A stretch of 63,776 nt of DNA, counting the filler, from an uncultured Synergistales bacterium (lineage in GTDB: Bacteria; Synergistota; Synergistia; Synergistales; Aminobacteriaceae): NCBI GenBank assembly GCA_937897575.1. It is 6 parts of 6 records of this genome, joined end to end, with 100 filler letters (N's around TTAATTAATTAA, not from the genome) between each part and the next. Parts side by side here need not be neighbours in the genome. Positions count along the whole stretch, not along the records: positions 39,859 to 52,361 come from CALCQG010000070.1; positions 52,462 to 63,776 come from CALCQG010000072.1; 4 more parts are not named here. One strand, written 5' to 3'. Both the position numbers and the translations under genes were made by a program. Under the pieces are notes generated by a model. It was not told the DNA's origin, searched no databases, and saw only the letters and a list, made by a program, of their open reading frames with translations. Every line of letters starts with the position of its first letter. Position 1 is the stretch's first letter. Positions 50,398 to 59,740 of this stretch are shown here, piece after piece.

Positions 50398-50919
50398 TCA
50401 CTGTTTCTTCCCTGCCAGAGCCTCCACGAGGGCCTTGCCGAACACGGGAAGGTCCGCCGGGGTTCTGCTCGTCACGAGGTTGCCGCAGACCACCACCGGC
50501 TCGTCGACCCAGTTGGCCCCGGCGAGCGTCATGTCGTCCCGCACGCTCCTGTAGGATGTGGCCTTGTGCCCCTTCAGGATGTCGGCGGAGACGAGGAGGC
50601 TTCCCGCGTGACATATGGCGCCCACCACGCCGCCCCGGTCATGGACGGCCCGGACGAAACGGACGATGGACTCGTTGGTCCTCAGCCTGTCGGGAGCCCA
50701 CCCTCCGGGGACAACCACCCCCGCCACATCCTCGGCGGAGAGCTCCGCTGGGGAGGCGGCCGCCTCGATGGTCATACCGAACTTGCCCGTGTACGTGACG
50801 CCCTTCTTGGGGCCTACCGCCACAGGTTCATATCCCGCCTCGGCGAGCCGGTGGTAGGGGTACCAGAATTCGAGATCGTGCACCTCGTTTTCCACGAGAA
50901 TGGCTATCTTGCGAGTCAT
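50398..50919 (-). CDS. PfpI/DJ-1 family protein
   Basis: DLEFWYP, PGGWAPDRLR, AICHA, TSRTPADL. Confidence 0.93.
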   Translation of the reverse strand: MTRKIAILVENEVHDLEFWYPYHRLAEAGYEPVAVGPKKGVTYTGKFGMTIEAAASPAELSAEDVAGVVVPGGWAPDRLRTNESIVRFVRAVHDRGGVVGAICHAGSLLVSADILKGHKATSYRSVRDDMTLAGANWVDEPVVVCGNLVTSRTPADLPVFGKALVEALAGKKQ

Positions 50920-51324
50920 TGTGTCATCTCCTTTTCAAATTGATAGGAACATATCTTATATTATACTGTACTGGTCATAAATGGAGTAGTCCAGCCCGCC
51001 ATATTGATGGAGAAGGCGTCGTGTTTTGTCGCCGAACCGTCGGGCAGTCGACAGGCGGCGTCGCGACAGTGCGTGGTCCCCGCGGGACGGCCTTCCGAGC
51101 GGGGCTTCTTTCTTGTATCATATATATTGCAAGGGGAGTACTATGAGAAGCGAAGTCTCATGCAACGGTCTTCGCAGAAGGTAACAAAAGTTCCTGTGCT
51201 GCGTGGCCGGGCGGACCTCACAGGGCTGTCCTCTTCTGAAGAGAGACTGTCCGGGCATTCCCAGGGACAATGTACGCGACGTCCCGGTTTTGTGCCGGGA
51301 ACTCATGAAAAGGAGGGTGTTCCC

Positions 51325-51852
51325 ATGTCTTTGAAAGAGAATCCGGTTCTCTCGACCATACTCGGCAGAAGAAGCATCCGGAAGTTCCAAAGTCAGGCGG
51401 TGTCGCCCGAGGTCCGGGATATCCTTTTGGAGTGCGCCTTTGCCGCCCCATCGGCGCACAACCGAAGGCCCTGCGCCTTTATCGTCATTGAGGATAGGGC
51501 GACTCTGAACGCCCTTGCCGAAGCGCACGATTCGGGGAAGATGCTTGCCCAGGCGCCTCTGGCCATCGTCGCCTGCGCCGAGACGGCGAACTACCCCCAG
51601 GGTGACCGGGCCTGGGTGGAGGACTGCGCCGCCGCCCTGGAGAACATCCTCCTTGCCGCCAGAGCTCTGGGCCTTGAAGGCGTGTGGCTCAAGGTCATGG
51701 ACCGCCATCCGCGGAACGAGCTGGTCCGACCCATCCTCGGCGTGCCGGATTCCGTACAGGTCGTGGGCATCGCTGCCCTCGGCTTCGGCGACGAGGTGAA
51801 GGAGCCTCACGGAGGAGTCGTGAAGGAAAAAATCCACTGGGAAAAATGGTAG
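51325..51852 (+). CDS. Nitroreductase family protein
   Basis: RRSIRKF, APSAHN, DCAAALENILLAA..LGL. Confidence 0.92.
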   Translation: MSLKENPVLSTILGRRSIRKFQSQAVSPEVRDILLECAFAAPSAHNRRPCAFIVIEDRATLNALAEAHDSGKMLAQAPLAIVACAETANYPQGDRAWVEDCAAALENILLAARALGLEGVWLKVMDRHPRNELVRPILGVPDSVQVVGIAALGFGDEVKEPHGGVVKEKIHWEKW

Positions 51853-51861
51853 GAGATGACC

Positions 51862-51896
51862 AAAACACGCGCCCCGATTCATGGGGCGCGTGTTTT
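51862..51896 (+). terminator. Intrinsic terminator
   Basis: AAAACACGCGCCCC-gattcat-GGGGCGCGTGTTTT. Confidence 0.85.
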
Positions 51897-51988
51897 GTGT
51901 CAGATACTATGCCGAGGCCGCGGGACTCGGCGAGGAGATGTATGGTGTCAGATACTACGCCGAGGCTGCAGGACCCGGCGATGAGACG
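51897..51988. repeat. Two tandem 48-bp-period repeats (GTGTCAGATACTAYGCCGAGG...)
   Basis: Copies start at 51897 and 51945. Confidence 0.85.
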
Positions 51989-52019
51989 AGCGGAGTCAGT
52001 ACGTCACTGCTCTGGTTGA

Positions 52020-52215
52020 TCGTCTGCGACTCCATACTTCGGTTGCTCTCATACGCTCCCCCTCGACTGCGTCTCGGGATAGCATCTGACACGAAGTCTG
52101 TTCGTCTGCGACTCCATACTTCGGTCGCTCCCATACGCTCCCCCTCGACTGCGTCTCAGGATAGCATCTGACACGAAGTCTGTTCGTCTGCGACTCCATA
52201 CTTCGGTCATATGCT
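52020..52215. repeat. About 2.3 tandem 82-bp repeats containing the inverted GTGTCAG motif
   Basis: Copies start at 52020, 52102, 52184, near-identical. Confidence 0.9.
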
Positions 52216-52281
52216 ACAATACTAGGGTTGTTGAGTGATTGCCGCGTTTTTTGATTCGGCGTACGGAGGTTGAGGGACTTT

Positions 52282-52361
52282 ATGGATGAGAAAAAGGGCG
52301 AGTCGCTTTTCGGCAAGGTAATCACCCTTCCCCTGGTTCAGGAGATCAAGCAGAGCTATCT
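52282..52361 (+). CDS. gyrA: DNA gyrase subunit A, N-terminal fragment
   Basis: MDEKKGESLFGKVITLPLVQEIKQSY(L), matching the ExxxSYL start of GyrA; truncated by gap. Confidence 0.7.
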
Positions 52362-52461
52362 NNNNNNNNNNNNNNNNNNNNNNNNNNNNNNNNNNNNNNN
52401 NNNNNTTAATTAATTAANNNNNNNNNNNNNNNNNNNNNNNNNNNNNNNNNNNNNNNNNNNN
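52362..52461. other. Artificial contig linker
   Basis: N-run, TTAATTAATTAA, N-run. Confidence 0.99.
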
Positions 52462-52463
52462 CG

Positions 52464-52673
52464 GACGTCCCGAGGTTCATCGTCGACAAGGCCATAGGCC
52501 AGATCCAGCCCATCCTCGACCTCAAGCGCTCCGCCTTTCCCCTGAAGCTCCAGTCGGTGACCTACGACGACGAGAACATCTACGCGTCCAGCCGAGTCCT
52601 TCCGGAACCCTTCGAGGGCACGGCATATCACTTCTCGTGCCTGCAAGCGGAGAAGGGCAGCGAGAGACGCTGA
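52464..52673 (+). CDS. C-terminal fragment of hypothetical protein (possibly DUF2993-like)
   Basis: DVPRFIVDKAIGQIQPILDL..FPLKLQSV with host codon usage. Confidence 0.5.
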   Translation, partial: DVPRFIVDKAIGQIQPILDLKRSAFPLKLQSVTYDDENIYASSRVLPEPFEGTAYHFSCLQAEKGSERR

Positions 52674-52709
52674 CCGGACCGGGACGCGGTCGTTCACGCC
52701 GAGACCCGG

Positions 52710-53612
52710 TCACTCGCCTCCTCTTCCATAGGCCCCCAGAAAACCGGAGATGCTGTTTCCGATGAACTCCCGCTCCCGCTCCTGAATGTCGGGCTCCATG
52801 GTCCTCAAGGCTCCAAGAAGGGCATCCCTCTTCATGAGCTCCTGAAAGAAGACCTCCTCGTCCGACGGAGGAACTCCCCCGTCGAGGAGCTCACAGACCA
52901 CGCCTCTCCAGAGATTGAGCTGCTCCAGGGCCAGGGTGAGCATTTTCTCGGCGTCCCCGGACCATCCGAAGTGGGCGTAGCAGATGTACGTGCCCTTCAG
53001 ATCGAGAAGTCGGTTGATGGAGCTGACGGTGACCTCGGGAAAAAACCGGGGCGGCGTGGCGGGCCTGAGGTACGGGGCCGGTTCTTCGCCCTCGAGGAAG
53101 ACGCCCGCGGCTTCGCCGGCGAAGAGCACCCTCCCCCGGTCGGGGTCGTCGTAGGCGAAGCTTTGATGATGTGCTGCATGCCCCGGTGTGGGCACCGACG
53201 AAAACCCCTCGGGCAGACGGTCCATGGCGCGGAGAGCGTCGGCGGACACCGCCTCAGGCTTGCCGTAGAAGTGTGCCGTCTCGCCGAGGGTCTTGACGCT
53301 CCCCGCCCAGAGGGCCGACGGATCGAGCAGATGGGGCACGCCCCGTTCCGACGCGAACAGCGGCGTGCCGTACTCCCGGACCGCCAGAGCCGCAGCGCCG
53401 GCGTGGTCGATATGGACGTGGGTCAGGAACACCCCGTCCACCCTGCCGCCCCCGAACCGTTCGACGGCCTCCCGAAGAACCGGCCAGGAGACGGAGGGCC
53501 CCGTGTCCACCAGATAGGTCCTGTCCAGCCCCTCGTCGCGAAGAAGCCAGGACGAGACGAAACGGCGGAAACCTCGTCTCTCCATGCGGAGATCGATGTT
53601 GTGATACTCCAT
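52710..53612 (-). CDS. MBL-fold metallohydrolase
   Basis: VDTGP, THVHIDHAG, TPGHAAHH, YAHFG. Confidence 0.92.
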   Translation of the reverse strand: MEYHNIDLRMERRGFRRFVSSWLLRDEGLDRTYLVDTGPSVSWPVLREAVERFGGGRVDGVFLTHVHIDHAGAAALAVREYGTPLFASERGVPHLLDPSALWAGSVKTLGETAHFYGKPEAVSADALRAMDRLPEGFSSVPTPGHAAHHQSFAYDDPDRGRVLFAGEAAGVFLEGEEPAPYLRPATPPRFFPEVTVSSINRLLDLKGTYICYAHFGWSGDAEKMLTLALEQLNLWRGVVCELLDGGVPPSDEEVFFQELMKRDALLGALRTMEPDIQEREREFIGNSISGFLGAYGRGGE

Positions 53613-53624
53613 CGTGTTCCCTCC

Positions 53625-54272
53625 CTACTCCGAGATGACCACCTTCATGCCGACGAAGACCCGCTCCTTGAGCTGCACGAGATCCTCGTTCTTCAGACGG
53701 ATGCACCCCTCCGTCGCCCTGGTCCCGATGGAGTCCGGCGCATGGGTCCCGTGAATGCCGATCCCGCTCCATCCGGGGGTCTTGAGGCGAATGAACCAGG
53801 GGCCGTAGGCCCCCCGAATCTCGCCCGCCCCGTCGCGAAAGTCGTGGGTCCAGGATGAGGCGTTCTGAACCTGCTGCACGGTGAAGCTGCCCGTGGGCGT
53901 GCGCTTGTCGCCCACACGCTGCTTCTGCCCCTCATTTGCCCCGACGGCTATGCGGAAGGTCCGTTCGAGATCCCGACCCTTGTAGAGGTACAACCGGTAC
54001 GTCCCCTTGACGATGTGGAGCCAGCGTTTGTCCTCGGACACCCGCTCCGGAATGGCAGGCGGCGAGGGTTCCTCGTCCTTCGGCTTGGGGGCGGGGATCG
54101 GAGCGGGCGGCTCCTGCTCCTCCACGGGCGGAGGGGCAGGCGGCTCGGGCTTCCGGAGATATTCATACCCTTTATACAGCCCGACGGCCAACAGCACGAC
54201 GGCGAGCAACGCCGCTATTTTCACGGAGCGGGACACGTTTTTTTTCTGGTAGTACATCCTCTTCCTCCCCAC
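53625..54272 (-). CDS. L,D-transpeptidase (YkuD) with membrane anchor and Pro-rich linker
   Basis: GDKRTPTG, GIHGT, TEGCIRL. Confidence 0.92.
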   Translation of the reverse strand: MGRKRMYYQKKNVSRSVKIAALLAVVLLAVGLYKGYEYLRKPEPPAPPPVEEQEPPAPIPAPKPKDEEPSPPAIPERVSEDKRWLHIVKGTYRLYLYKGRDLERTFRIAVGANEGQKQRVGDKRTPTGSFTVQQVQNASSWTHDFRDGAGEIRGAYGPWFIRLKTPGWSGIGIHGTHAPDSIGTRATEGCIRLKNEDLVQLKERVFVGMKVVISE

Positions 54273-54345
54273 GAAAACTGATTTTCAGATTGTACCACGG
54301 ATGGCGGAGGCTCAAGAAAGCGGCTTTTCTTTTGCAATTTTCCTC

Positions 54346-54374
54346 TTGCATTTCCCCTCGGGACGACGTACACT
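54346..54374 (+). promoter_or_regulatory. Putative sigma70 promoter of decarboxylase operon
   Basis: TTGCAT-17-TACACT. Confidence 0.55.
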
Positions 54375-54413
54375 CCTTCCGTCGTACATACTCATCGCAT
54401 AGGAGGTAGAGAC

Positions 54414-55589
54414 GTGGAAAAAGAGTACCATTTCGACCTCGAGAACTACATCTCGAGGGAACGCTTCGACCGCATCAAAAAATTTGCCGGGGACAAGGAG
54501 ACGCCCTTCCTCATCATCGACCTGAAGAAGGTCGAACAGAAGTACGACGAACTCCATGCGACCCTCCCCTTCGCAAAGATCTACTACGCGGTGAAGGCCA
54601 ACCCGAACGAGGACGTGCTGCGCATGCTCATAGGGAAGGGCAGCTGCTTCGACATCGCCTCCCCCTACGAGCTGGATCACGTGCTCACCCTCGGCGCCGA
54701 CCCGGCAAAGATCAGCTACGGCAACACCATAAAGAAAGCGAAGGACATCGCCTACGCCTACTCGAAGGGGATACGCCTCTTCTCCACGGACTCCGAGGGC
54801 GATCTGAGAAAAATCGCGGAGAATGCGCCCGGATCCCGGGTGTTCTTCCGCATCCTCACTGACGGCAGCGGCGCGGACTGGCCCCTCTCCCGAAAATTCG
54901 GCGCCCATCCGGACACGATCTTCAATCTCATCCTGCTGGCGGCCGAGCTGAAGCTCGAGCCCTTCGGCATCTCCTTCCACGTCGGATCCCAGCAGCGGGA
55001 CATCGGCCAGTGGGATAACGCCATCTCCACGTGCCGCTACCTCTTCGACGCCGCCAAGGAGGAGGGGATACGCCTCAAAATGATCAACCTCGGAGGCGGC
55101 TTCCCGGCCCACTACATCTATCCGACCCAGGAGACGTCCGTGTACGGTGCGGAGATCATCCGATTCCTCACGGAGGATTTCGGAGACGATCTTCCCGAGG
55201 TCTACCTCGAGCCGGGGCGCTTCATGGCCGGTGACTCGGGCATCCTCGTGACGGAGGTCGTCCTCGTTTCGAAGAAGTCCGAGGCCAACCAGTACGCGTG
55301 GGTCTATCTCGACGTAGGAAAGTTCGGCGGCCTGATCGAGACGCTGGACGAGTCCATCAAGTACCCCATCTACTCCGAGAAGACGGGCCCCCTGCAGGAG
55401 GTCATCCTTGCGGGACCGACCTGCGACAGCATGGACATCCTGTACGAGAACGAAAAGTACGAGTTCCCGGCGTCCCTGGCCAACGGGGACCGGCTCTACA
55501 TCTTCACGACGGGGGCCTACACCCAGACCTACTCCTCCGTGTTCTTCAACGGGTTCCCGCCGCTCAAGGCTTACGTGTTCAAGGAATAA
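54414..55589 (+). CDS. Fold-type III ornithine/lysine decarboxylase
   Basis: YYAVKAN, SFHVGSQ, NLGGGF, EPGR, GPTCDSMD, GAYT, FNGF. Confidence 0.93.
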   Translation: MEKEYHFDLENYISRERFDRIKKFAGDKETPFLIIDLKKVEQKYDELHATLPFAKIYYAVKANPNEDVLRMLIGKGSCFDIASPYELDHVLTLGADPAKISYGNTIKKAKDIAYAYSKGIRLFSTDSEGDLRKIAENAPGSRVFFRILTDGSGADWPLSRKFGAHPDTIFNLILLAAELKLEPFGISFHVGSQQRDIGQWDNAISTCRYLFDAAKEEGIRLKMINLGGGFPAHYIYPTQETSVYGAEIIRFLTEDFGDDLPEVYLEPGRFMAGDSGILVTEVVLVSKKSEANQYAWVYLDVGKFGGLIETLDESIKYPIYSEKTGPLQEVILAGPTCDSMDILYENEKYEFPASLANGDRLYIFTTGAYTQTYSSVFFNGFPPLKAYVFKE

Positions 55590-55662
55590 GAGACGCCCAG
55601 TTCAGGTCGAGAACGGAGGGGACGAAACGACGGTCCCCTCCGTCATGAAGGGAGGTTCTTGC

Positions 55663-56544
55663 ATGAAGCCCCGCCAGAGACGGACCAACGAGCTGTGGGT
55701 GATGGAGGAGCAGTCGCCGGACATGAGGCTGAGCCTCAGGATCTCCGACGTGCTCTTGAACGTCACAAGCCGGTACCAGGACATCCTCGTCGTCCGGACC
55801 GGTGAGTACGGCCGCATGATGCTGCTCGACGGAGCCATTCAGATAACGGAGCGGGACGAGTTCTGCTACTCGGAGATGATGGCGCACGTTGCCCTCTGCT
55901 CCCACCCCGACCCGAAGCAGATCCTCATCGTAGGCGGCGGGGACGGAGGCGTCCTCCGCGAGGTCCTCCGGCACCAAAACGTCGCGAAGGCTACGCTCAT
56001 CGACATCGACGAAGAGGTCATCTCCGCCGCGAAGCGGTTCCTCCCGTCCATAAGCGCCCGGTTGGACGACCCCCGCGCCGACGTCCGGTGCGAGGACGCC
56101 ATGGCGTACATCACAGAATGTCATGACCAGTTCGACGTCATCATCGTGGACAGCACCGACCCCGTGGACTTCGCCGCCGGGCTCTTCAAGGCACCCTTCT
56201 ACGAGGACGTGCGCAGGGCCCTTCGTCCGAACGGCATGGTCGTCGCCCAGACGGAGTCGCCCTTCACCGATACGGACGTCATGGTCGGGGCGTACCGTGA
56301 AATGGCATCGGTCTTCCCTGTGGTCCGGCTGTACTGGGGCGTCGTCCCCACCTATCCGAGCGGAATGTGGACCTACACCATCGGGTCGAAGGACCAGGAC
56401 CCCTCGCTGGCGAGGCGCCCCGCGCCCGAGGGGACACGGTACTACTCGGGCGATGTGCATAACGCCTGCTTCACCCTTCCCCCCTTCGTCACCGATCTGC
56501 TGACGCGGTGGCAGGACGCCCCGCAACCGGAAGAGGAGCGATGA
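55663..56544 (+). CDS. speE: Polyamine aminopropyltransferase
   Basis: LDGAIQITERDE, VGGGDGG, IIVDSTDP, PTYPSG. Confidence 0.95.
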   Translation: MKPRQRRTNELWVMEEQSPDMRLSLRISDVLLNVTSRYQDILVVRTGEYGRMMLLDGAIQITERDEFCYSEMMAHVALCSHPDPKQILIVGGGDGGVLREVLRHQNVAKATLIDIDEEVISAAKRFLPSISARLDDPRADVRCEDAMAYITECHDQFDVIIVDSTDPVDFAAGLFKAPFYEDVRRALRPNGMVVAQTESPFTDTDVMVGAYREMASVFPVVRLYWGVVPTYPSGMWTYTIGSKDQDPSLARRPAPEGTRYYSGDVHNACFTLPPFVTDLLTRWQDAPQPEEER

Positions 56545-57488
56545 CCATGAGAGTTCTCACCGCACTCGGCGGCAACGCCATTTTACAGAGAGGACAGAGA
56601 GGCACCGTGGCGGAACAGCGGGAGAACGTCCAAAGAGCCGTGGACCAGCTCGTCCGGATGATCGCCGCAGGGCATCAGGTGGTCGTGACCCACGGAAACG
56701 GTCCCCAGGTGGGAGCCATCCTCATCCAGAACGAACTGGGGAGCGTCTCCGTCCCCTCCATGCCCATGGACATCTGCGACGCGGAGAGCGAGGGCTTCAT
56801 CGGCTACATGCTCTGCCAGAGCTTCCAGAACACCCTGCTTGCCCGCGGCATAACGGGAAAGGACCCGGCGTGCATCCTCACGAGAGTGGAGGTTGACCCG
56901 TCGGACCCCGCCTTCGCCCACCCGACGAAGCCCGTCGGCCCCTTCTCCACCGAGGAGCGGGCGAGAGCGCGCATGGCGGAGACGAAGGAGACCTGGGTGG
57001 ACGACGCCGGCAGAGGGTGGCGCCGGGTCGTGCCCTCCCCCGACCCGCAGGCCATCGTCGAGCGAGACGTGATCGTCGCGCTCATAGAGAAGGGGTTTAC
57101 CGTCATCGCCTCGGGAGGCGGCGGAATCCCCGTCATCAGAAAGCCCGACGGGATGTATGAAGGGGTCGAGGCCGTCATTGACAAGGACCTTGCGGGGCAT
57201 TGCCTCGCTGAGGCGGTCCATGCCGACCTCTTCATCATCCTCACGGACGTGCCGAAGGTGGCCGTACACTACAACACCCCCGATCAGAGGTGGCTCGACC
57301 GCGTCACCCTGCTGGAGATGGAGGCCTTCGAAAGAGAGGGGCACTTCAAGGCCGGCTCCATGGGGCCGAAGGTCAAAGCCGCCCTCCGGTTCGTCCGGGG
57401 CGGCGGCGAACGCGCCGTCATAGCGAGCCTGGACGAGGCCCTCGAGGCTCTGGAAGGGCGGGCGGGAACGCAGATCGTCGGAGGGTAG
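56541..57488 (+). CDS. arcC: Carbamate kinase
   Basis: ALGGNA, THGNGPQVG, PTKPVGPF, RRVVPSP, AVIDKD, GSMGPKV. Confidence 0.95.
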   Translation: MTMRVLTALGGNAILQRGQRGTVAEQRENVQRAVDQLVRMIAAGHQVVVTHGNGPQVGAILIQNELGSVSVPSMPMDICDAESEGFIGYMLCQSFQNTLLARGITGKDPACILTRVEVDPSDPAFAHPTKPVGPFSTEERARARMAETKETWVDDAGRGWRRVVPSPDPQAIVERDVIVALIEKGFTVIASGGGGIPVIRKPDGMYEGVEAVIDKDLAGHCLAEAVHADLFIILTDVPKVAVHYNTPDQRWLDRVTLLEMEAFEREGHFKAGSMGPKVKAALRFVRGGGERAVIASLDEALEALEGRAGTQIVGG

Positions 57489-57540
57489 GGCAGACTGCAA
57501 GAAAGACTCCTCGCTCGATCCGGGCGGGGGTACTACGGAG

Positions 57541-57579
57541 AAACGCGGACACCGGCGCACCGTGCCGGTGTCCGCGTTT
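57541..57579. terminator. Bidirectional terminator
   Basis: AAACGCGGACACCGGC..GCCGGTGTCCGCGTTT between convergent operons. Confidence 0.8.
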
Positions 57580-57597
57580 GTCGGGTGCAGGACCGCG

Positions 57598-58788
57598 TCA
57601 CGGAACGAAGCGTTTCCGGAAGAGCGCAAGGCTCGTGCTGAAGAGGACCAGGACGAAGGCCGCGAGGGCCAGGGCATCCATCCACACGTACTCCATTCCT
57701 CCCCCCTTCAGGATGATCTGGCGGGAGAGGCGCATGTAGTACGTTATCGGAAGACACCCTCCGATGACGCGAAAGAGCGGCGGCATGGCCTCGATGGGAA
57801 AGACGAAGCCCGAGAGGAGAACGCTCGGCAGGATGACGAAGACGGACAGCTGCAGAGCCTGCATCTGATTCTGCACGAAGGTGGAGATCATGATGCCCAT
57901 GGACAGGCTCGCAAGGACGAAGAGCAGCGTGAGGGCGAGAAAGAGAAGCCGACTGCCTTCGAAGGGCATCCGGAAGATGGTCGTCCCTATGACGAGCGAC
58001 ACGGACACCTGGATGTACCCCACAATGATGTAGGGCAGGACCTTGCTGACCAACAGCTCCCAGGAGCGCATCGGCGTCACCAGAAGCTGCTCCAGAGTCC
58101 CCTGCTCGCTCTCCCGGACGATGGCCATGGACATCATGGCCACCAGCGTAATGGTGAGCAGTATGCCCATGATGCCGGGCACCATGTACCATGAGGTGAT
58201 GAAGTCCGGGTTATACCATGAGCGGACCCGAACGTCCACGGCCTGTTTGAGGACCGGCTGGCCGGCGGCGGCCATCTTTTCGATCAGGATGGTCTGGGAT
58301 CTCCGCACACCAAGCATCTGGGCCGCCGCTATGGCCGACGAAGCGGACAGGTTGTCCGTGGCGTCGACAAGCACCTGAACCTGCGCCGGACGCCCTCCCC
58401 GGATGTTCCGGGCGTAGTCGGGTGGAAAGAGAATCCCCACCTTCGCTCTGCCCGACGCCACCGCGGCATTGACCTCCTCCATGCTCTCCGCCGTCAGGAC
58501 GACGTCAAAGTAGTTGCTCGACGTGAACCCGCGAAGCATCTCCCGGCTCTCCTGGCTCCTGGATTGATCGAAGACGGCCGTCCGAAGATGCTTGACGTCG
58601 GTGTTGATGGCGAAACCGAAGACCACGAGCTGGATGATGGGCATGCCGATGATGATGACCAGAGTGATACGGTCACGAAGGACCTGGATGAACTCCTTGA
58701 CGATAAGCGCACGCAGCCGCTCAAAACCCACCGCGTCTTTCCCCCTTCTCCCGGACCCCGACGGACCGGGACCTTCCGGGATCATCAT
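57598..58788 (-). CDS. ABC-2 exporter permease (start may be GTG 58731)
   Basis: KEFIQVLRD, WYNP, RESEQGTLEQLLVTP, LSGFVFP. Confidence 0.92.
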   Translation of the reverse strand: MMIPEGPGPSGSGRRGKDAVGFERLRALIVKEFIQVLRDRITLVIIIGMPIIQLVVFGFAINTDVKHLRTAVFDQSRSQESREMLRGFTSSNYFDVVLTAESMEEVNAAVASGRAKVGILFPPDYARNIRGGRPAQVQVLVDATDNLSASSAIAAAQMLGVRRSQTILIEKMAAAGQPVLKQAVDVRVRSWYNPDFITSWYMVPGIMGILLTITLVAMMSMAIVRESEQGTLEQLLVTPMRSWELLVSKVLPYIIVGYIQVSVSLVIGTTIFRMPFEGSRLLFLALTLLFVLASLSMGIMISTFVQNQMQALQLSVFVILPSVLLSGFVFPIEAMPPLFRVIGGCLPITYYMRLSRQIILKGGGMEYVWMDALALAAFVLVLFSTSLALFRKRFVP

Positions 58789-58789
58789 G

Positions 58790-59740
58790 TCACTCGTCCT
58801 CCCCGACGCCCGAGACGATCGCAGCATTCCTGTCCGCCTGCTCTTTCACGAGAAAGACGAAGACATCCTCCATGGTGGGCGCGATCTCCGTCAACCGGGC
58901 GCCGGAAAAAATTCCCTCGTCCGAAAGGGTCACCTCCGGCGGGACGAGGACATGCAGCTTTTCTCCGAAGGGATAGGCGTCGAGAACCTGCTTCGCATTG
59001 CCTCGCAGCGCTTTCACCATTTCCATGCCCTTTCCGCCGTCAACCTCGTACAAACGACCGGGGATCGAGCTCTTCAGGTTCTCCGGCGAGTCGTCGGCGA
59101 TCAGCTGGCCGAAGGAGATGAAGGCCACCTGGTCGCAGTGCTCCGCCTCGTCCATGAAATGGGTGGTCACCATGACCGTCGTTCCGTCCGCCGCGAGGTT
59201 GTAGATGATGTCCCAGAAGTGCAGCCTGGCCTTCGGGTCCACCCCGCTCGTTGGCTCATCGAGGAACAGGATTTCGGGCCTGTGGAGGATGGAACAGCCG
59301 AGGGCAAGTCGCTGCCGCAGTCCGCCGGACAGCTCACCGGCGAGCTCCCTTCGCCTGTCCTGCAGGCCGGCAAGCTCAAGCATCTCCTGGATCCGCGCCT
59401 TCCGATCCCTCCCCCGGATTTCGTACAGTCCGGCGTACAGATTGAGATTTTCGACGACGGAGAGGGTTTGATACAGGCTGAACTTCTGGGACATGTACCC
59501 GATTCTGCGCTTCAGCTTTTGCCCGTCCTGGGGCAGGCGCATCCCAAGCACGAGGCCTTCTCCGGACGTGGGTGCCAGCAGGCCGCAGAGCATCCGGATC
59601 GTGGTGGATTTTCCCGACCCGTTCGGCCCCAGGAAGCCGTAGACCGACCCCTGTTCAATCTGCAATGTGACGTCATTCACGGCCGTGAAGTCCCCGAATT
59701 TTTTCGTCAGCGCCCGTGTTTCGACGGCAAAGGCGGTCAT
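58790..59740 (-). CDS. ABC ATP-binding protein
   Basis: GPNGSGKST, LSGG, LDEPTSGVDP. Confidence 0.95.
   Translation of the reverse strand: MTAFAVETRALTKKFGDFTAVNDVTLQIEQGSVYGFLGPNGSGKSTTIRMLCGLLAPTSGEGLVLGMRLPQDGQKLKRRIGYMSQKFSLYQTLSVVENLNLYAGLYEIRGRDRKARIQEMLELAGLQDRRRELAGELSGGLRQRLALGCSILHRPEILFLDEPTSGVDPKARLHFWDIIYNLAADGTTVMVTTHFMDEAEHCDQVAFISFGQLIADDSPENLKSSIPGRLYEVDGGKGMEMVKALRGNAKQVLDAYPFGEKLHVLVPPEVTLSDEGIFSGARLTEIAPTMEDVFVFLVKEQADRNAAIVSGVGEDE

Noticed and set aside
51143..51184. 13-aa uORF upstream of nitroreductase
   Set aside because: No attenuator structure or biased codons recognised
52020..52215. Possible CRISPR array
   Set aside because: Units are near-identical over their full length with no unique spacers; no cas genes
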